The position numbers were made by a program, and so were the translations under genes. The notes under the pieces are model-generated. The model saw only the letters and a program-made list of their open reading frames with translations. It had not been told where the DNA came from and ran no database searches. Positions 42,720 through 61,930 of a stretch of DNA of 64,000 nt are shown here, in pieces; position 1 is the first letter of the stretch, and each line of letters starts with the position of its first letter. The DNA comes from Euglena gracilis (Eukaryota). The stretch is from NCBI GenBank assembly GCA_039621445.1, contig CP154954.1, positions 496,001-560,000 of the forward strand, written 5' to 3'.

Positions 42720-43500
42720 TTATTCTAAAAAAATAGTCTCATCCAAATTAAAACGTACATCAACTAAAAAAGATTTTCTTTTTAAATTAAAAATAAACTT
42801 TCGAGTTGGGAAAAAAGAAATAGTGCGATAAACACTTTTAGAAAACACTAAATCAAACGTATAAACTGAATATGACCATAATTTCATTTTATTATGCTTT
42901 CGACAAAGAGTTAAAAAACAACTTTCTCGAATTAATTCAACAAAAAATCTTAAATGAGAAAAATTTTCACATATAGAAAACCAATTTAAAACAGAATAAA
43001 CAAAAAAACCAAAATTTCGAAGAATAAACTTATCTTCAAAAAGAAGTAAACGAACATTACCTATAGGACGAAATTTAAAAGGATGAATAAAGCCAAGCAA
43101 TCTTAATTTTTTTAAAAAAACTTTGAATGGAACAAAGAATTTAAAAAATCGAAATTGATTTGCTTTAGAAGAAAAAAAAGAACGGTTTTGACCAGAAAAA
43201 TTAGAAAAAGAATAGTAATTAAAAGAATTAAAATTTAATTTATAACGTTGTCTTTTAGAAAAAAACGAATAAACAGGAGAATAATAATTATAAAGTAATA
43301 CCAGATGCTTTTTAAATTCAAACAAACAATTATACAAATTTAAATCTATTGAAACAAGAGAACAAGATAAAAATTGATTAAAATTTTCTAAAATGTCTTT
43401 TAACAAAATACTTAATTTCTGATTATAAAAATCAAACGAATACATAGTATACTTTTGAAAATTTACAAGTTTAGTTGAAGTTATAAGCTCGACCGGTAAA
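42720..43500 (-). CDS. mat2: 3' part of the psbC intron 2 maturase (Mat2), truncated
   Basis: Domain X-like LIRESCFLTLCRKH (compare MatK LSCARTLARKH). Followed by group II domain V/VI and a psbC exon. Confidence 0.8.
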
Positions 43501-43622
43501 AATAAATTGAGAGTTAATAAAAACTACTTTTTAAATGTTTTTGAAAAATATATTACCAAACATAATACATTTTTGAAGGCTCTAAAAAATATTTTTCATT
43601 ATTCTCGTTGTTTTAATTTTTT

Positions 43623-44526
43623 CAAAAAAAATTGTTATCCTAATTTTTATAAAAAAAAAAATTTTTCTTTTTTTAATTTTTATACAGAATCATTTCGTAT
43701 TTTAAAATTTTTTGATGCTTTTTTTATTAATACTCATCATTTTTTTTTACCGGTCGAGCTTATAACTTCAACTAAACTTGTAAATTTTCAAAAGTATACT
43801 ATGTATTCGTTTGATTTTTATAATCAGAAATTAAGTATTTTGTTAAAAGACATTTTAGAAAATTTTAATCAATTTTTATCTTGTTCTCTTGTTTCAATAG
43901 ATTTAAATTTGTATAATTGTTTGTTTGAATTTAAAAAGCATCTGGTATTACTTTATAATTATTATTCTCCTGTTTATTCGTTTTTTTCTAAAAGACAACG
44001 TTATAAATTAAATTTTAATTCTTTTAATTACTATTCTTTTTCTAATTTTTCTGGTCAAAACCGTTCTTTTTTTTCTTCTAAAGCAAATCAATTTCGATTT
44101 TTTAAATTCTTTGTTCCATTCAAAGTTTTTTTAAAAAAATTAAGATTGCTTGGCTTTATTCATCCTTTTAAATTTCGTCCTATAGGTAATGTTCGTTTAC
44201 TTCTTTTTGAAGATAAGTTTATTCTTCGAAATTTTGGTTTTTTTGTTTATTCTGTTTTAAATTGGTTTTCTATATGTGAAAATTTTTCTCATTTAAGATT
44301 TTTTGTTGAATTAATTCGAGAAAGTTGTTTTTTAACTCTTTGTCGAAAGCATAATAAAATGAAATTATGGTCATATTCAGTTTATACGTTTGATTTAGTG
44401 TTTTCTAAAAGTGTTTATCGCACTATTTCTTTTTTCCCAACTCGAAAGTTTATTTTTAATTTAAAAAGAAAATCTTTTTTAGTTGATGTACGTTTTAATT
44501 TGGATGAGACTATTTTTTTAGAATAA
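43623..44526 (+). CDS. mat2: 3' part of Mat2 (mirror copy; the ORF start at 43507 is junction-derived)
   Basis: Same C-terminal 241 aa. Domain V AAGCTGTATGTGCAATG...GCAAGTATAGTTT at ~44622-44662. Confidence 0.8.
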
Positions 44527-44685
44527 TTCTTAATATATCGTTGTTGATTGTTAAACAAATATAGGAATCTTGAATAATTAGAATTTTAATTTTGTAGTGT
44601 TAATTGTTTTTTGTCAGTCAGAAAGCTGTATGTGCAATGAATTATTTGTGCAAGTATAGTTTGGAAAACGGATTTTCGATTTAAC

Positions 44686-47600
44686 TAACTGTAGGTGGTC
44701 GTGATCAGGAATCAACTGGATTTGCTTGGTGGGGTGCGAAACGTTTTATTTTTAATGTATTGAAAGTAAGTCTTTTATGGATTAAAGATTAATTTTACAT
44801 TTTTGAGCTTTAATTTTTGGTATTGTAATCAATATATTTGTATTTGCAATGTATTTTTTACAAAACGCAAATTTTGTTTAAAAAAGCTTACATTTAAACT
44901 TTAATATTTTCTAATAATAAAAGTTTTTTGCAAAAGTAAATTTTATTTTTATTTAAAATAAAATATTTAATAATTAAAAGGTTAGTAAAAGTTTTATACT
45001 TTTTCGAACATATTAATGAAAACTTTTTATTTTTAAGATTTGAATTTTATAATTGGGCATTTGTAAAAAATTTTTTATCATCACATATTTTTTACTTGGT
45101 TTAGTCTTTTATCAATTTTGTTTTATTAAGTAGATTTTTGGACCTAAAAATTTTTAATTAAAAAATGTATGAAACGTAAAAAATTGTAAATTTTCTGTTT
45201 TGACAAAAAACATTTAAGAAAATTTGCAATAAGGTGAGGTATTGTACCGTAAAAGTTCGTAAATTTTATTTAGGAATTATCCTCATAGAATTATTTTTGT
45301 AAAAACTATTGTTAAGTTAAATTTAATTTTATACGCTTTATGAAATAAAATTTTCACGTAAAGTGTTTTGGAGGGAAACTTTAGAATTTTAATTTTTTCT
45401 ATCTTAATCAGGTAATGCTAGACTTATAAATGTATCAGGTAAACTTTTGGGTGGTGTGTTTTGAATTCTAATTTTTGTGGGGGTGGTTTTTTATGATTTA
45501 AAGTTTTTGTTTTTATATTTTTGTTGTTATTTTCTTTTATGATTTTTTATGAAATTTTTCAAGTTTCTTTTTATCAAAATTTTTCTTGGGAAAAATCTGT
45601 TCGTTTATTATTTAAAGTTCAAAGGCGTTTATTTAAAGTTTCTTATATTCATGATAAGAAAAATTTATATGAGCTTCAAAAACTTATTTTTCAATCTAAT
45701 TGTGCAAGATTGTTAGCTATTCGCGAAGTAACACAATTGAGTTTCAATAAAAAAATTTCAGGAGTTGATGGAAAAACTACTTTAAATTTTTTGGAAAGAT
45801 TTGAATTAAACGAATATTTAAGAAAAAATTGGAATAATTGGAAGCCTCAATCTTTAAGGAAAAGATGTGTTTTCGATTTAAATGAAAATTTAATCTCAGA
45901 TACAATTTCGACTATTTCGGATCGTTCCTGGCAAGTTTTGATTAAATTTGCCCTTGAACCTGTTCATGAAGCTTTTTTTCATCCATTTAATTTTGGTTTT
46001 CGTTATAATGTTCCTATTTATAAGGTTCAGCAAGCTATTTTGCTTAATTTATCAAATATTTCGTTTGGTAGTAAAAAAAGAATTTTAAAAGTTGAGTTAA
46101 ATTGTAATTTTTCTATTTTTAATTATGATTATTTGATGAAAAAATTAATTGCTCCGAGAAATATTAAATTAGGGATTTTTCGTTTGTTGGAATTAGGTTT
46201 CAATTTGCACTTTCCAGAAAATGAGTGTCAAATTTCGACTTTTAGTTCTTTGTTATTAAACGTTATGTTAAATGGAGTTGAAAACGTTCATAATTGTGTG
46301 CGCTATGGTTATTATATGTTATTTTTTTTACGACCCATGGATAATGAAAAAATACTTGCAAATCAAATTCTCTCTTTACTTTATACGCGAGGTATAAAAA
46401 AGAATTCTTCTAAATTTTTACTTGTATCCAACACTAAGGGTTTTGATTTTTTAGGTTGGCATTTTAAATTTTCGGAAAAAGTTAAAAATGGTATTTCTGC
46501 AATTCCTAGCCTTAATAATTATCAATTTTTCCTTAATCGAGTTAAAAGAATAGTTAACAATTCAAATTATGGTTCTGTCGTTAAAGCCTCTAAGTTATAT
46601 CCAGTAATAAAGAATTGGAGAGAGTATCACAAATATTCGGATTTAAGAAGTTTATCATATTCACTTTTTTTTGTAAAAAAACACGCTTTCTCTGCTTTTA
46701 ATTCAGAATCTAAACAAGATTTTTATTCTTCTAAACGATTATTATTTAAATCTTTTTTAGTTTCTGAATCGTTCAATACTGTATCAAAAAAATATAACTT
46801 TCATATTTTAAATTGTTTTTCTTTTGGTCACTTGACTTTTTTATCTGAATCCATTAATTTTTTTAACAAAATCAATTTATATTTTTGTGTTCATTGTGGA
46901 ATGAAATGTATCTAGTTTTTTCATGAAATTTTATTTTCTTTTTAAGTTTTGTTCTTAGGTAAATTTTTTAGCCTTTATAAATTAAATAAAAATTAAAAAA
47001 TTTTTATTTATAATTTGTTAGTAGTTTAATTAAATTAGTGATTATTTACTAAATTAAGCTCATGTAGCTCACGCTGGTTTAATAGTTTTTTGGGCTGGCG
47101 CTATGAATTTATTTGAAGTAGCTCATTTTGTTCCACAAAAACCTATGTATGAACAAGGATTGATATTATTGCCTCACTTAGCTACTTTAGGTTTTGGCGT
47201 TGGTTTTGATGGAATTGTTTTGGATACTTATCCTTTTTTCGTATGTGGTGTTCTTCATCTTATTTCTTCTGCTGTTTTAGGTTTTGGTGGTGTATTTCGT
47301 GCGGCACGTAATTTTATATTTTGGATGTTTTTCTAATTTTTTAAATCGCATTATATTGTATTTATTATTATATTAGTTACTAATATGACAAATCATTTGT
47401 CACTCTAAAAGATGTTTAAAAAAGATGTATTAAATAGCAGTTCTTTTAAAAATGAAAGATAAGTCTTTTATTTTTAGTTTAGATAAGTTTTGACAAGTTT
47501 GTGATAGGAGACACTATTATTCTAATTAAAGCTTTTATAAAAAGGCTAAATCGATATATTTAATCTTGCATTTTATTTTTAAGCTCAAAATTATCCTTTA

Positions 47601-50600
47601 TTTACTTACTAGAAAAATTTCATTTTACAATATTGTGAACGTGTAAGCAATTAATTTTCTCAAATTTTGCAAAAGAAGTTTGCTCTCGATTATATATATT
47701 AAATAAAGTATTTAATTTTTTAATACAAAAATGCACAGTTTTTCGAGTTTTAATAAACTAATATTTAAAAAGAGCAAAAAATAAAAAATTTTTTATTAAG
47801 TTTTATTTTTATTAAAGCCTTGTGTATTGAAAAAGGCATGCTTGGCTTTATGAACGGCTTTTTTGTAATGGTAAAAAAAGTCTATTCGATATTCTTTAGC
47901 AGGTCCTGACACTTTAGAAGAGTCTTTTCGCTTCTTTGGATATACATGGAAACGTAAGAAAAAATTAGCTGCAATTTTAGGTATTCATTTATGCTTTGTG
48001 CAGGTAAAAATTTTAATATAACAATTAATTTTATGATGGTTTTAAAGTATTTATTTTATATAAATTTAAATTTTAACGGTTTGTTGCTTGTTTTTTATTT
48101 AACAATAAGTATATTAAATAAAAATAATTAAAGAATAATACTATTAAAAGAATTTTAAAGCTACGTTTAACTATAAAAATTTTTTAATTCTAATTAATTA
48201 TTTTTTTATGCATTATTGAAAGTTTTTTGATATTTCAAAAAGCAAGATAATTGAATTATAGTGATCTTTATTTGATAAAATTACCTTTTGGATTAAAATT
48301 GCATTTTGTTTTTTTGCTTTTCTTTAATTTAAAGAAAAATTATTTTAATTATTTTTTACATCAGTAATTTGAGCATAATAAATAAAATAATTTTTGTTGT
48401 GTTTAAAGGAAGACTTATTTGTTTATATCTTTTGTTCTATCCTATTTAGGTTTAGGTGCACTTTTACTTGCTTGGAAAGCTATGTATGGTGGCGGTGTTT
48501 ATGATACTTGGTGTCGTGCGATTCGTAAATTTGTGTTAGTATAATTGTTATAATATTTTAAATTTTATGAAAATTTTTGTTTTTATAGGCTGATTTCTAT
48601 AGTTTTTTGTAAAATAGAGTTAGAAAGATATTTATTAATTGTTAATAGTTATTAATTATTTTAGGATTTCATTTTTTATTTCTCAAAATTTGAGAAATAA
48701 AAATTTTGTTAAATAGGCTAGCTAAGTTTTGGTTATTCATTTTATTTGTATTTAATTGTTTTGTTAACTTAAATGTAAATTAATAAGTACATTATGATTT
48801 TGTAATATGGTCGAATCTTATTATATTGAAACATTATATTTGTATTTTGGCTTAAATGTAGAAAAAATTTTAAAAAGTCTTAAAAAAAACAAAAAAACGA
48901 AGTATAGTTTATATTTTTACTAGGAGGGTTAGGTAACTAATTTAATTAATTTTTTTAGTTTTTAATAATTTATTTTATAAGTTTTAAAGATTTTTATCAG
49001 GATGAATTAAATTTAAGAATAATCGTCTTTATATTTATTGTAAGTTTTAGGTAATATTTTTTATTATTTGGGAATAAAACTACTTACATTTTATAATTTA
49101 ATAGCCATAAGATTTGAAAATTTCATATTTGGTTTTGAATAAGAGACTAGTCCTACTAGTATTAGTAGGACTGTCTACTTTAACCCGGTGGTGGTGATGT
49201 TCGTTCAATAACAAATCCAACATTAAATCCTTTTATTATATTTGGCTATCTTGTAAAATCTCCTTTTGGTGGTGAAGGATGGTTGCGATTTGTAAAAGTC
49301 CATATTTTTTGAGTTTTTAACTTTTATTATTCTAATATTAAGCATATTACTTTGTTTCGGGACATTCTAGTAAAATGAAGCACTTAATAAATAATTAATT
49401 TTTATTTTTAATTTTTAGGTTTATAAATTAAGTGGAAATTTAAGGGCCTTGTATATAAAATTTTTTAATTTTGTTTATTTCTTCTTTCTAATAAATATTA
49501 CTTACAATTTTAAGTTAGGCCTTTTTTTTGAACTTACATTTTTATAATTAAAATAAAAGTATGGAAATAACAAAAATTTAGCATTATGAATTTTATATTT
49601 TTATAATAAATCATTTTATTTTATTTTTTATTGCTAATTTGATATTTTAAGATTTGTGAATCTTCACAAAAAACAAAGTTAGAATAATTGTAACTTTTAT
49701 TTTTACGATTCTGAAAACTTTCAAATTTTATTTTTGAATTAAAAATTCAATTATTACCATAAAAAATAATTTATTTTAATTGTTCAAGATTATTAAAAAT
49801 TATTTTAAACATATTTTATAATAATATTTTGTAAGTCGTGTGCATTGAAAAATGCATGCACGATTTTTTTAGGGAATCACATTACTGTATTTTCTACTAG
49901 GAATCGTTAGTGTTGACAGTATGGAAGATGTTATTGGTGGCCATATTTGGATTGGAATTCTTTTAGTTTCAGGAGGATTTTGGCATATTTGTTCTAGACC
50001 ATCGCCATGGGTTGTTCGTACTTTCGTTTGGTCTGGTGAAGCTTATTTGTCCTATAGTCTTGGTGCTGTTGCTACAATGGGATTTATAGCTGTGCCAATG
50101 GTGTGGTTTAATAATACCGTATATCCTAGTGAATTTTATGGTCCAACAGGCCCTGAAGCATCTCAAGCTCAAGCTTTTACATTTTTGATTCGTGACCAAC
50201 GTTTAGGTACAAACATAGCTTCTGCACAAGGTCCAACGGGATTAGGTAAAGTGCGTTGTTTAAAATGTTTGATGTTTTTATAGCAATCGTATTTAATTTT
50301 TTGAAATTTTATTCAAAGTTTTGCTAAAAATATATTAGGATGTATGATGATAAAATTTTTATTTTTAAAATCTTAATTGATTTTGAAATAGTAATTATTT
50401 TTTTTTATAAAATTGATCAGTTTTTTATATTGTTTTAGTTTTATTCAAACTTTATAACAAAAAATTAGTTTGATTTTTATTAATAGTTTTTTTCAAAGCA
50501 TTTTGACTTCTTTGAGTCTTGCAATGTTTGTTAACAGGTTTTTCTCTAGTTTAATTATTTAATGAAGTCTCCTACTGGCGAAATCATTTTTGGTGGTGAA

Positions 50601-51383
50601 ACTATGCGTGTGATATTGATATATGTTAATGTAAATATACTTTATTTTTTAATTGTTGTTTTTTTATAAGTTTAATAACGTTTTCACTTTGTTTGTTATT
50701 TTTTTTGTAATATAAGCGTGGTTTGGAGATTTTTAATTATTAAAATTTTTTCATTGAATAATAATGTTAAATCGATCTTTTTAATAAAAATGGGAGTAAA
50801 CATATAATTTATAATTTTTCTTTTAAGGTTGATAATTCTTGAATTATTTTAGTTTTAAATTTTTATTTACTTTAATAAGATGAAAATTAAGTTGAAATTA
50901 TTCATTTTGTGTTTTGTTCAGGAAAATTTTTTTTGGAAATATTAAAAAAGCTGTATAACGTAATTCGTTTTTTACATTTTGTAAATGGGTATTTTCTTTA
51001 TAATTTTTATTTTTGGAAAAATTACTTTATGTTTTTGGGATTTTCGTGGTCCTTGGTTAGAGCCTTTGCGTGGTCCTAATGGTTTAGATTTAAATAAGTT
51101 AAAAAATGATGTTCAGCCTTGGCAAGAACGTAGAGCAGCAGAATATATGACGCATGCTCCTTTAGGGTCTTTAAATTCTGTTGGAGGTGTTGCTACAGAG
51201 ATTAATGCTGTAAATTTCGTTAATCCTAGAAGTTGGTTGGCAACATCTCATTTTGTTTTAGCTTTCTTCTTTTTTGTTGGTCATTTATGGCATGCCGGTA
51301 GAGCTCGTGCGGCTGCTATTGGTTTTGAAAAAGGAATTGATCGTTCTCGTGAAATTGCTCGTAAATTGAAGCCTTTGGATTAA
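44686..51383 (+). CDS. psbC: PSII CP43, last 9 exons (copy 2)
   Basis: Exons ~44686-44733, 45409-45453, 47059-47298, 47891-47997, 48446-48515, 49185-49282, 49903-50250, 50556-50607, 51031-51383. [12 protein letters not shown]...LWHAGRARA. Confidence 0.97.
45454..47058 (+). other. psbC intron 4: 1605 nt group III twintron carrying ycf13
   Basis: Boundaries restore GKLLG-A-HVAH. Short AT-rich flanks without a domain V. Twintron status comes from prior knowledge of Euglena. Confidence 0.85.
45539..46915 (+). CDS. ycf13: Ycf13/Mat1 (copy 2)
   Basis: First ATG at 45539 gives 458 aa; C-terminal CVHC motif. Confidence 0.92.
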   Translation: MIFYEIFQVSFYQNFSWEKSVRLLFKVQRRLFKVSYIHDKKNLYELQKLIFQSNCARLLAIREVTQLSFNKKISGVDGKTTLNFLERFELNEYLRKNWNNWKPQSLRKRCVFDLNENLISDTISTISDRSWQVLIKFALEPVHEAFFHPFNFGFRYNVPIYKVQQAILLNLSNISFGSKKRILKVELNCNFSIFNYDYLMKKLIAPRNIKLGIFRLLELGFNLHFPENECQISTFSSLLLNVMLNGVENVHNCVRYGYYMLFFLRPMDNEKILANQILSLLYTRGIKKNSSKFLLVSNTKGFDFLGWHFKFSEKVKNGISAIPSLNNYQFFLNRVKRIVNNSNYGSVVKASKLYPVIKNWREYHKYSDLRSLSYSLFFVKKHAFSAFNSESKQDFYSSKRLLFKSFLVSESFNTVSKKYNFHILNCFSFGHLTFLSESINFFNKINLYFCVHCGMKCI

Positions 51384-51441
51384 ATTTTGTAATTTAAATA
51401 TAAGTTAAAAATAATTTATATTTAATTTGTGTGTTTTAAAT

Positions 51442-51523
51442 GCCTTCGTGGTGAAATGGTAGACACTCATGACTTAAAATCATGTGCTTATAAAGCGTAC
51501 CGGTTCAACTCCGGTCGAAGGTA
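51442..51523 (+). tRNA. trnL: tRNA-Leu(UAA) (copy 2)
   Basis: Cloverleaf with anticodon TAA. Confidence 0.94.
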
Positions 51524-51609
51524 TATATAATAAAATATTTAATTTTTTATGTTATAATTTTATCAACAGTCGCGTTTGCGACTGGGAGATTAATTTAATT
51601 AATTTATTG

Positions 51610-54576
<2,967 letters not shown>

Positions 54577-56510
54577 TTTTATATGCTTGTTTTTATCTTT
54601 TTTACTAACAAGTATATTTTTTGTTTTGTTAATTATTTTTTAGTAAGTAGATTTTTAATTAAATAATGTAACGTTTTTAATAATAAAAATCGAATTATTT
54701 GGTAAAAAGCTTTTTTTTAGATTGTTTTTCTTTTTTTTAAAATTATATTAAATTTCTTTCGATTTTAAAAATATTTAATCAATTGAAGTACATATTTTTT
54801 TTCTTATTTTATATTTTTTACTACTTCAGTTTTTTTAATTTCTTTTAAAATGAATTCGTATCAAGATTGATGATATTAGAAATTACCCTCAAAAATTGTT
54901 ATGGTTTATTTTTATTTACTTTGTTGATATAAAACATATATGAAATAAAATTCATAAAAAACAGTAGTCAGAAGAATTTCTTTGATAAAAATTCTTATTA
55001 TACAAATAAATATTTAACAATTAACTTAATTAATTTAAGTTATTTTATTATTGATCTTAAATTTAGTAATTTTTTTAGATTTCAAAAAATATTTTGTCAA
55101 TTAGTTTTTAAGTAGATTTTTAAAATAAAATATTTAATAAAAACTCTTAAAATTAGAAGTTTAATGGACGAACTCTAATCTATTCAACTGACTTAACTAA
55201 TGTTTGTAGTGTGTTGTTACACAATTCAAGTATTTGATTGAATTTAATAGATTCATATCTCACAATCTAAATAATCTCATTTATTTTTTGAGCAATTTGA
55301 TAGTTATTAAAATTGAAGTTTAAAAGAATATAAAATGCAGTATTCGTAAGAGCATCTATATTTTTAACATCTTTTAGTTTTGTAACAAATAAAATTTATG
55401 CATGTTGTACTTCCATTAAAAACTTATTAAAACTCTAATACTCAGTCCTAGTACAGCGAATGTCCATGAACTCCAACAAATAACACAACTTACTATGAAA
55501 CTAAATGTAAAAATTACAATTCTTGGATCGGTATTTTAATATTGAAGGAAACTACTTTAGATAATTTTTCCAAGTATTCTTTTTTATGATTTCACTTAAT
55601 GCTTCTGGATTTACGTTTGTAGCGATATTAATAACTTTTTTTAATGCTTGCCTTTTTTACCAATAGGAGCTTGGTATACATACTTTTCTTGAATTTCTGG
55701 AAGATCCTAGTTAATTTTCTGTAGTTCATCCAGTGGCTTTTGATTTAAACTTGAATTACGTGAAATTAATTCTGTTAAAACCCTGATCTTAGAATTTGGA
55801 ATAACAATAACGTAGAGAAGTGTCCAAAAAAGAATTCATCCTATGGCAATCAATATTTTTCTAAATTTTCGGAAAAATCAAGAGATAAATGGCAAATAAG
55901 AGAGGATTTATTGAAATACGAAGTACCATAATTAGAAGAATTAGAAGTTTTTTTTACGAAAGAACAAACGAAATAGAATTTTTTGAACATATGTTATTAT
56001 CTTAGGGTGTCTAAAAAGTTAATTAATTTTCCCAAATTTATTACAATAAAATATAACATTTAACAAAACGTTACATTAAAATTTTTATAGTATGTAAATT
56101 AGAAAACATATAAAACCGATATCATTTTTTTTGTATATTCCCTTTTAAAGAATGTTTAACGCGTAAATAATTTACTACAAAACTACAAATTTTGTTAAAG
56201 TTGAAATCATTCCATTATTTGAGGTAAATAAAGATTTTTATTAAAATTTACTTTTAATAATGAAATTATTATGTGTTCAGCTAAAAATTTTGTTTTAGTT
56301 TTTATGTTTGTTTAAAGAAAAAGAAGATACGTTAGGGAAGATTTTCTAAATGTTTCTAAATGTAAATTATTTTTTAATTAGCTTTTTTCTTACTCTCTTG
56401 TTTTATATTTTAAGGTCATTTATTTTTTTGTAGAAGTTTCATAAATGTAAATTATTCCAGAATTTTAAGGAACTACTTGATCTAAATATTATCTCATTCG
56501 TTTTTCGGAT

Positions 56511-56553
56511 TGTCACAGATAGGATTCGCACCTACACAAAGCAACTTAGAAGG
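56511..56553 (-). pseudogene. trnR: Truncated 3' half of trnR(UCU) at fold-back 3
   Basis: TGTCACAGATAGGATTCGCACCTACACAAAGCAACTTAGAAGG, two mismatches to 30690-30732, then the match breaks off. Confidence 0.75.
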
Positions 56554-58737
56554 TAGAACCAGATAGACAGAAGTGGTCCAAAAAAGAATTCAGCCTATGG
56601 CATCATATTTTTTCTAAATTTTATATATAGATAAGAGAAAATTGGGCAATAATTTATTATAGTAAAAGTAGTTTCTTAAAGGCAAAATACGTTTAAACAT
56701 ATAGAAATAGTATTTTTTAATTAAGTCGTCATATTACTTAAGCTCTTGTTTTATATTTAAGGTCCTTTACTAAGTTTTTTGTGGAGAAGTTTATCTGTGA
56801 CAATCCGAAAAAAAAATAAGATAATATTTAGATCAAGTAGTTCCTTAAAATTCTGGAATAATTTACATTTATGAAACTTCTACAAAAAAAATAAATGACC
56901 TTAAAATATAAAACAAGAGAGTAAGAAAAAAGCTAATTAAAAAATAATTTACATTTAGAAACATTTAGAAAATCTTCCCTAACGTATCTTCTTTTTCTTT
57001 AAACAAACATAAAAACTAAAACAAAATTTTTAGCTGAACACATAATAATTTCATTATTAAAAGTAAATTTTAATAAAAATCTTTATTTACCTCAAATAAT
57101 GGAATGATTTCAACTTTAACAAAATTTGTAGTTTTGTAGTAAATTATTTACGCGTTAAACATTCTTTAAAAGGGAATATACAAAAAAAATGATATCGGTT
57201 TTATATGTTTTCTAATTTACATACTATAAAAAATTTTAATGTAACGTTTTGTTAAATGTTATATTTTATTGTAATAAATTTGGGAAAATTAATTAACTTT
57301 TTAGACACCCTAAGATAATAACATATGTTCAAAAAATTCTATTTCGTTTGTTCTTTCGTAAAAAAAACTTCTAATTCTTCTAATTATGGTACTTCGTATT
57401 TCAATAAATCCTCTCTTATTTGCCATTTATCTCTTGATTTTTCCGAAAATTTAGAAAAATATTGATTGCCATAGGATGAATTCTTTTTTGGACACTTCTC
57501 TACGTTATTGTTATTCCAAATTCTAAGATCAGGGTTTTAACAGAATTAATTTCACGTAATTCAAGTTTAAATCAAAAGCCACTGGATGAACTACAGAAAA
57601 TTAACTAGGATCTTCCAGAAATTCAAGAAAAGTATGTATACCAAGCTCCTATTGGTAAAAAAGGCAAGCATTAAAAAAAGTTATTAATATCGCTACAAAC
57701 GTAAATCCAGAAGCATTAAGTGAAATCATAAAAAAGAATACTTGGAAAAATTATCTAAAGTAGTTTCCTTCAATATTAAAATACCGATCCAAGAATTGTA
57801 ATTTTTACATTTAGTTTCATAGTAAGTTGTGTTATTTGTTGGAGTTCATGGACATTCGCTGTACTAGGACTGAGTATTAGAGTTTTAATAAGTTTTTAAT
57901 GGAAGTACAACATGCATAAATTTTATTTGTTACAAAACTAAAAGATGTTAAAAAATATAGATGCTCTTACGAATACTGCATTTTATATTCTTTTAAACTT
58001 CAATTTTAATAACTATCAAATTGCTCAAAAAATAAATGAGATTATTTAGATTGTGAGATATGAATCTATTAAATTCAATCAAATACTTGAATTGTGTAAC
58101 AACACACTACAAACATTAGTTAAGTCAGTTGAATAGATTAGAGTTCGTCCATTAAACTTCTAATTTTAAGAGTTTTATTAAATATTTTATTTTAAAAATC
58201 TACTTAAAAACTAATTGACAAAATATTTTTTGAAATCTAAAAAAATTACTAAATTTAAGATCAATAATAAAATAACTTAAATTAATTAAGTTAATTGTTA
58301 AATATTTATTTGTATAATAAGAATTTTTATCAAAGAAATTCTTCTGACTACTGTTTTTTATGAATTTTATTTCATATATGTTTTATATCAACAAAGTAAA
58401 TAAAAATAAACCATAACAATTTTTGAGGGTAATTTCTAATATCATCAATCTTGATACGAATTCATTTTAAAAGAAATTAAAAAAACTGAAGTAGTAAAAA
58501 ATATAAAATAAGAAAAAAATTATGTACTTCAATTGGTTAAATATTTTTAAAATCGAAAGAAATTTAATATAATTTTCAAAAAAAGAAAAACAATCTAAAA
58601 AAAGCTTTTTACCAAATAATTCGATTTTTATTATTAAAAACGTTACATTATTTAATTAAAAATCTACTTACTAAAAAATAATTAACAAAACAAAAAATAT
58701 ACTTGTTAGTAAAAAAGATAAAAACAAGCATATAAAA

Positions 58738-61707
<2,970 letters not shown>

Positions 61708-61790
61708 CAATATATTAATTAAATTAATCTTCCAGTCGCAAGCTCGACTGGTGATAAAATTATAACATAAAAATTAAATATTTTATTATA

Positions 61791-61872
61791 TACCTTCGAC
61801 CGGAGTTGAACCGGTACGCTTTATAAGCACATGATTTTAAGTCATGAGTGTCTACCATTTCACCACGAAGGC
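61791..61872 (-). tRNA. trnL: tRNA-Leu(UAA) (copy 3)
   Basis: Same sequence as 35723-35804. Confidence 0.93.
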
Positions 61873-61930
61873 ATTTAAAACACACAAATTAAATATAAAT
61901 TATTTTTAACTTATATTTAAATTACAAAAT

